Below are positions 14,502 to 17,057 of a DNA stretch of 17,057 nucleotides, piece by piece. Below the pieces are notes generated by a model, which did no database searches, was not told the DNA's origin, and was given only the letters and a program-made list of their open reading frames with translations. This stretch comes from Pseudomonadota bacterium (GTDB lineage Bacteria > Pseudomonadota > Gammaproteobacteria > Pseudomonadales > Azotimanducaceae): positions 1-17,057 of the forward strand of contig JACZXA010000101.1 in assembly GCA_022571865.1 (NCBI GenBank), in the 5' to 3' direction. The position numbers were made by a program, and so were the translations under genes. Positions within the stretch are counted from its first letter, which is position 1; each line of letters starts with the position of its first letter.

Positions 14502-16104
14502 ATTTGACTATATCGTCATCGGTGCGGGGTCAGCGGGTTGTGTGCTCGCAAACCGGCTGAGCGAAGATCCCGGCGACACCGTGCTGTTGCTCGAAGCGGG
14601 CGGGCGCGACTGGAACCCGCTCATCCAAATACCCGTTGGTTTCTGGAAGATGATCGATCGACCGAGCGTCAACTGGTGTTTCGAGAGTGAGCCGGAAGAA
14701 AATACCTGCAACCGAAAGTTACCGATTCCACGCGGTAAGGTGCTGGGTGGTTCCTCTTCCATAAACGGTATGTTGTACGTACGCGGCCAACCCCTGGACT
14801 ACGACACCTGGGCCCAATTAGGCAATCGGGGTTGGTCTTACGACGAAGTGTTGCCGTTTTTCAAACGCTCCGAAAACTTCGAGCGTGGCGGAGACGAGTA
14901 TCGAGGTAGCGGGGGTGAACTCAACGTCGCTGACATGATAGAAGGTCACCCGCTGCTCGATGCCTACATAGAAGCAGGTGTTGCGATCGGCTATCCCCGC
15001 AACCCCGACTACAACGGCTCCTCGCAGGAAGGTTTCGGGATCTATCAGGTCACCCAGCGAGGGGGGGTACGACACAGCACCGCACGAGCGTTTCTATCAC
15101 CGGTTCGCAGACGAGTAAACCTTACGATTGTCACCCGCGCTCTGGCGCAAGCTGTAATCACCGAAGACGGTCGCGCAACCGGTGTTCGTTACGCGATCGG
15201 CGGCAGTCGAACAGGCAGGCAAATAGAAGTGGCGACGGCCAACAAGGAAGTTGTCGTGTGTGCTGGGGCCGTTCAGTCGCCGCAGTTGCTGGAGCTGTCG
15301 GGAATTGGTCAAGCGGAGCATCTGCAAAAAATCGGCATACCAGTGGTCCGCAATCTAGGGGGTGTTGGCGAAAACTACCGCGATCACTATGCGAGTTCAG
15401 TCGCATGGCGGGTCACAGGCACATCGACCCTGAACGAAGATACTCGCGGCGTGCGCCTGGCATGGGAAGCCTTGAAATTCGCCGTGACACGCAAAGGTGT
15501 CATGACCTATACCGCCGGTATCGCTCACGGCTTCGTCAGGACGCGCCCCGAGCTTGAAACACCCGATGTGCAGTTTCACTTCGCTCACGCAAGTTACAGC
15601 GGTGGCAAACGCGGAGAGCTCGAAAAAGAGCCTGGAATGACATGTTCCGTCTGCCAACTGCGCCCGGCTAGTACAGGGTCCATCCACGCTCGAAACAACG
15701 ATGCCGCCGCCGAACCGGCAATCAAACCGAATTTTCTTGCTGAAACCCTGGATCAAAACGCGCTGATCGAAGGTATACGCATTGCGCGCCAGCTTGGCAT
15801 CGCGCCATCGCTGGCCAAATTCATCGACCATGAAACTTATCCGGGCGACACGATACGCTCCGACGAGGAAATCCTCGACTACTGCCGCGGTCACGGAGGA
15901 ACCGTTTTTCACCCGGTCGGAACCTGCAAAATGGGGAGTGACTCACTTGCAGTTGTCGATGAGCGACTCCGGGTACACGGTGTTAGAGGGCTTCGCGTCG
16001 TTGATGCGTCGATCATGCCTACCCTGGTTTCCGGTAATACCAACGCACCCACAATCATGATTGCGGAAAAAGGTGCACAGATGATATTGGCGGACAACAC
16101 CTGA
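14494..16104 (+). CDS. GMC-family FAD-dependent oxidoreductase (choline / alcohol dehydrogenase-like, BetA/AlkJ type).
   Basis: N-terminal FAD motif [22 protein letters not shown]...VLLLEAGG and the C-terminal GMC signature GTCKMG...[30 protein letters not shown] start at 14494, overlapping the pbpG stop by 8 bp. Confidence 0.85.
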   Translation: MAEFDYIVIGAGSAGCVLANRLSEDPGDTVLLLEAGGRDWNPLIQIPVGFWKMIDRPSVNWCFESEPEENTCNRKLPIPRGKVLGGSSSINGMLYVRGQPLDYDTWAQLGNRGWSYDEVLPFFKRSENFERGGDEYRGSGGELNVADMIEGHPLLDAYIEAGVAIGYPRNPDYNGSSQEGFGIYQVTQRGGVRHSTARAFLSPVRRRVNLTIVTRALAQAVITEDGRATGVRYAIGGSRTGRQIEVATANKEVVVCAGAVQSPQLLELSGIGQAEHLQKIGIPVVRNLGGVGENYRDHYASSVAWRVTGTSTLNEDTRGVRLAWEALKFAVTRKGVMTYTAGIAHGFVRTRPELETPDVQFHFAHASYSGGKRGELEKEPGMTCSVCQLRPASTGSIHARNNDAAAEPAIKPNFLAETLDQNALIEGIRIARQLGIAPSLAKFIDHETYPGDTIRSDEEILDYCRGHGGTVFHPVGTCKMGSDSLAVVDERLRVHGVRGLRVVDASIMPTLVSGNTNAPTIMIAEKGAQMILADNT

Positions 16105-16132
16105 AATTGTCAGTCTCAGCCTGGCGGTAATC

Positions 16133-16336
16133 CTAATTTCCCCACCCATTCAGTGCCTGGTTTTCGGAAATCTGACTGAACTTGGTTTTCAAAGTATTGT
16201 CAATCGTCGCAACCGCGGGCGCGTTCGGTTTCAGCCATTTATACCAGGGCTCGAATGGCGTCATCAGCAGCGGGCTAATCGACGCAATATTTGGATTTAC
16301 GTTTGTCCGAAATGACGGAGTGATCTGGTATCCCAT
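16133..16336 (-). CDS. Possible small protein of 67 aa, tail-to-tail with the GMC gene. Very uncertain.
   Basis: ORF with mixed composition and no SD (the upstream sequence is CUCCU). An overlapping plus-strand ORF (16182-16499) has a TTG start and no RBS and is equally doubtful. Confidence 0.2.
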   Translation of the reverse strand: MGYQITPSFRTNVNPNIASISPLLMTPFEPWYKWLKPNAPAVATIDNTLKTKFSQISENQALNGWGN

Positions 16337-16536
16337 ATTAGGAGTCTGTCAACTTGACGGCTTTTACTCTGATGTTGTTTGGTTACGAACATCATCTCGA
16401 AAACCTGATCTAAAGAACGTCTTCCAGATGCCTGCACGAGTTAGCGAGCGATGCTGCGACGCTCAAGTCGCTGGTATCGAAACGACTTATCCTGTATGAC
16501 AAGGAAACGGTTCGGGAAAAGTGCGGGAGGTTTGCG

Positions 16537-17057
16537 ATGGGATTCAGCCAGCAGGAATGGAATACGGCATTCAGTCTGATCGACAGCGATGGAGCCCGTT
16601 TCGGTTTTCCCGAGCGGCGCAACCGCTCGGTGATAGTTGGGTCATTCAATACGCTCAAGCTCGGAAACGCCGGTGACGACAAAAAACGCTGGGATTTTTT
16701 CTCCCTGGTTTGTGATCGATTCGATCTGTTGGCGTTACAGGAAGTGATGGACGATCTGTCAGGCCTCAACCGCCTGGTGGCCGCCCTTGACGACGATTAC
16801 CAGGTACTCGTCTCCGACGCCACGGGTGCTGCGCCAGGTGACAGAGGTCTGCGCGAACGCCTGGCGTTCGTCTATCGAGACTCGAGGCTAAGCCGTGACG
16901 AAGTCGCCTCCGATATTACCTACGACCGAAGCCGGGTAGTGAAAAGTCTCTACGAAAACCGAACGAAATGGATCGCATGGATCGAAAATTATACCAAACG
17001 AGTCGAGGAGGCTCATGCCCAGAATCGGCGGGCACCCAGCCTCTCGAAGGAGGCCTT
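16537..17057 (+). CDS. Endonuclease/exonuclease/phosphatase (EEP) family protein, N-terminal 173 codons. It runs off the window and is absent from the ORF track because it has no stop.
   Basis: I translated it myself: ATG at 16537, preceded by GGGAGG 6 nt upstream, gives MGFSQQEWNTAFSLIDSDGARFGFPERRNRSVIVGSFNTLKLGNAGDDKKRWDFFSLVCDRFDLLALQEVMDD... This has the EEP N-terminal signature (SFN...LQEV). It stays open to the window end. Confidence 0.7.
   Translation, partial: MGFSQQEWNTAFSLIDSDGARFGFPERRNRSVIVGSFNTLKLGNAGDDKKRWDFFSLVCDRFDLLALQEVMDDLSGLNRLVAALDDDYQVLVSDATGAAPGDRGLRERLAFVYRDSRLSRDEVASDITYDRSRVVKSLYENRTKWIAWIENYTKRVEEAHAQNRRAPSLSKEA

Noticed and set aside
16410-16769. 119-aa minus-strand ORF.
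   Set aside because: It overlaps the 5' end of the EEP-family gene, which has a strong SD and family motifs. It is most likely a shadow ORF.

Overview
This 17-kb window looks like a GC-rich proteobacterial chromosomal segment, probably from a gammaproteobacterium. Most of it is ordinary metabolic genes. I saw no CRISPR array, tRNA, rRNA or recognisable phage or defence cassette.

Genes, left to right:
- The 3' end of a hybrid sensor histidine kinase (ATPase tail plus receiver domain).
- An NfeD/YqiJ-like membrane protein and a flotillin/SPFH protein, arranged as an operon.
- A 220-bp element with perfect 17-bp terminal inverted repeats and a flanking direct repeat, immediately after the flotillin stop codon. 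I read it as MITE-like.
- A minus-strand ankyrin-repeat protein whose gene carries an in-frame 12-bp tandem repeat encoding (DVCK/DVCR)n.
- An APH-type kinase-like phosphotransferase and, about 2.6 kb away on the opposite strand, a FadE2-type acyl-CoA dehydrogenase. Together these look like a split bacterial form of the ACAD10/ACAD11 architecture.
- Between them, a secreted PHP-domain phosphoesterase and a nitronate monooxygenase, transcribed divergently.
- A phytanoyl-CoA dioxygenase (PhyH) family protein with a long acidic N-terminal extension, and a D-aminoacylase-type amidohydrolase.
- A Trp-rich hypothetical protein.
- A PbpG/PBP7-type DD-endopeptidase with an unusual Lys/Ser/Glu repeat tail that contains a 22-bp perfect palindrome. 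It overlaps the GTG start of a GMC (choline/alcohol dehydrogenase-like) oxidoreductase.
- The 5' part of an endonuclease/exonuclease/phosphatase (EEP) family gene, which runs off the window and is not in the ORF track.

The most accessory-looking part is the ankyrin gene plus the MITE-like element, wedged between the flotillin operon and the lipid-catabolism genes. The other notable feature is the split APH plus ACAD pair with oxygenases around it, which suggests a catabolic locus for oxygenated or hydroxy-acyl substrates. All functional calls are motif-level readings of the translated ORFs, because I could run no searches.
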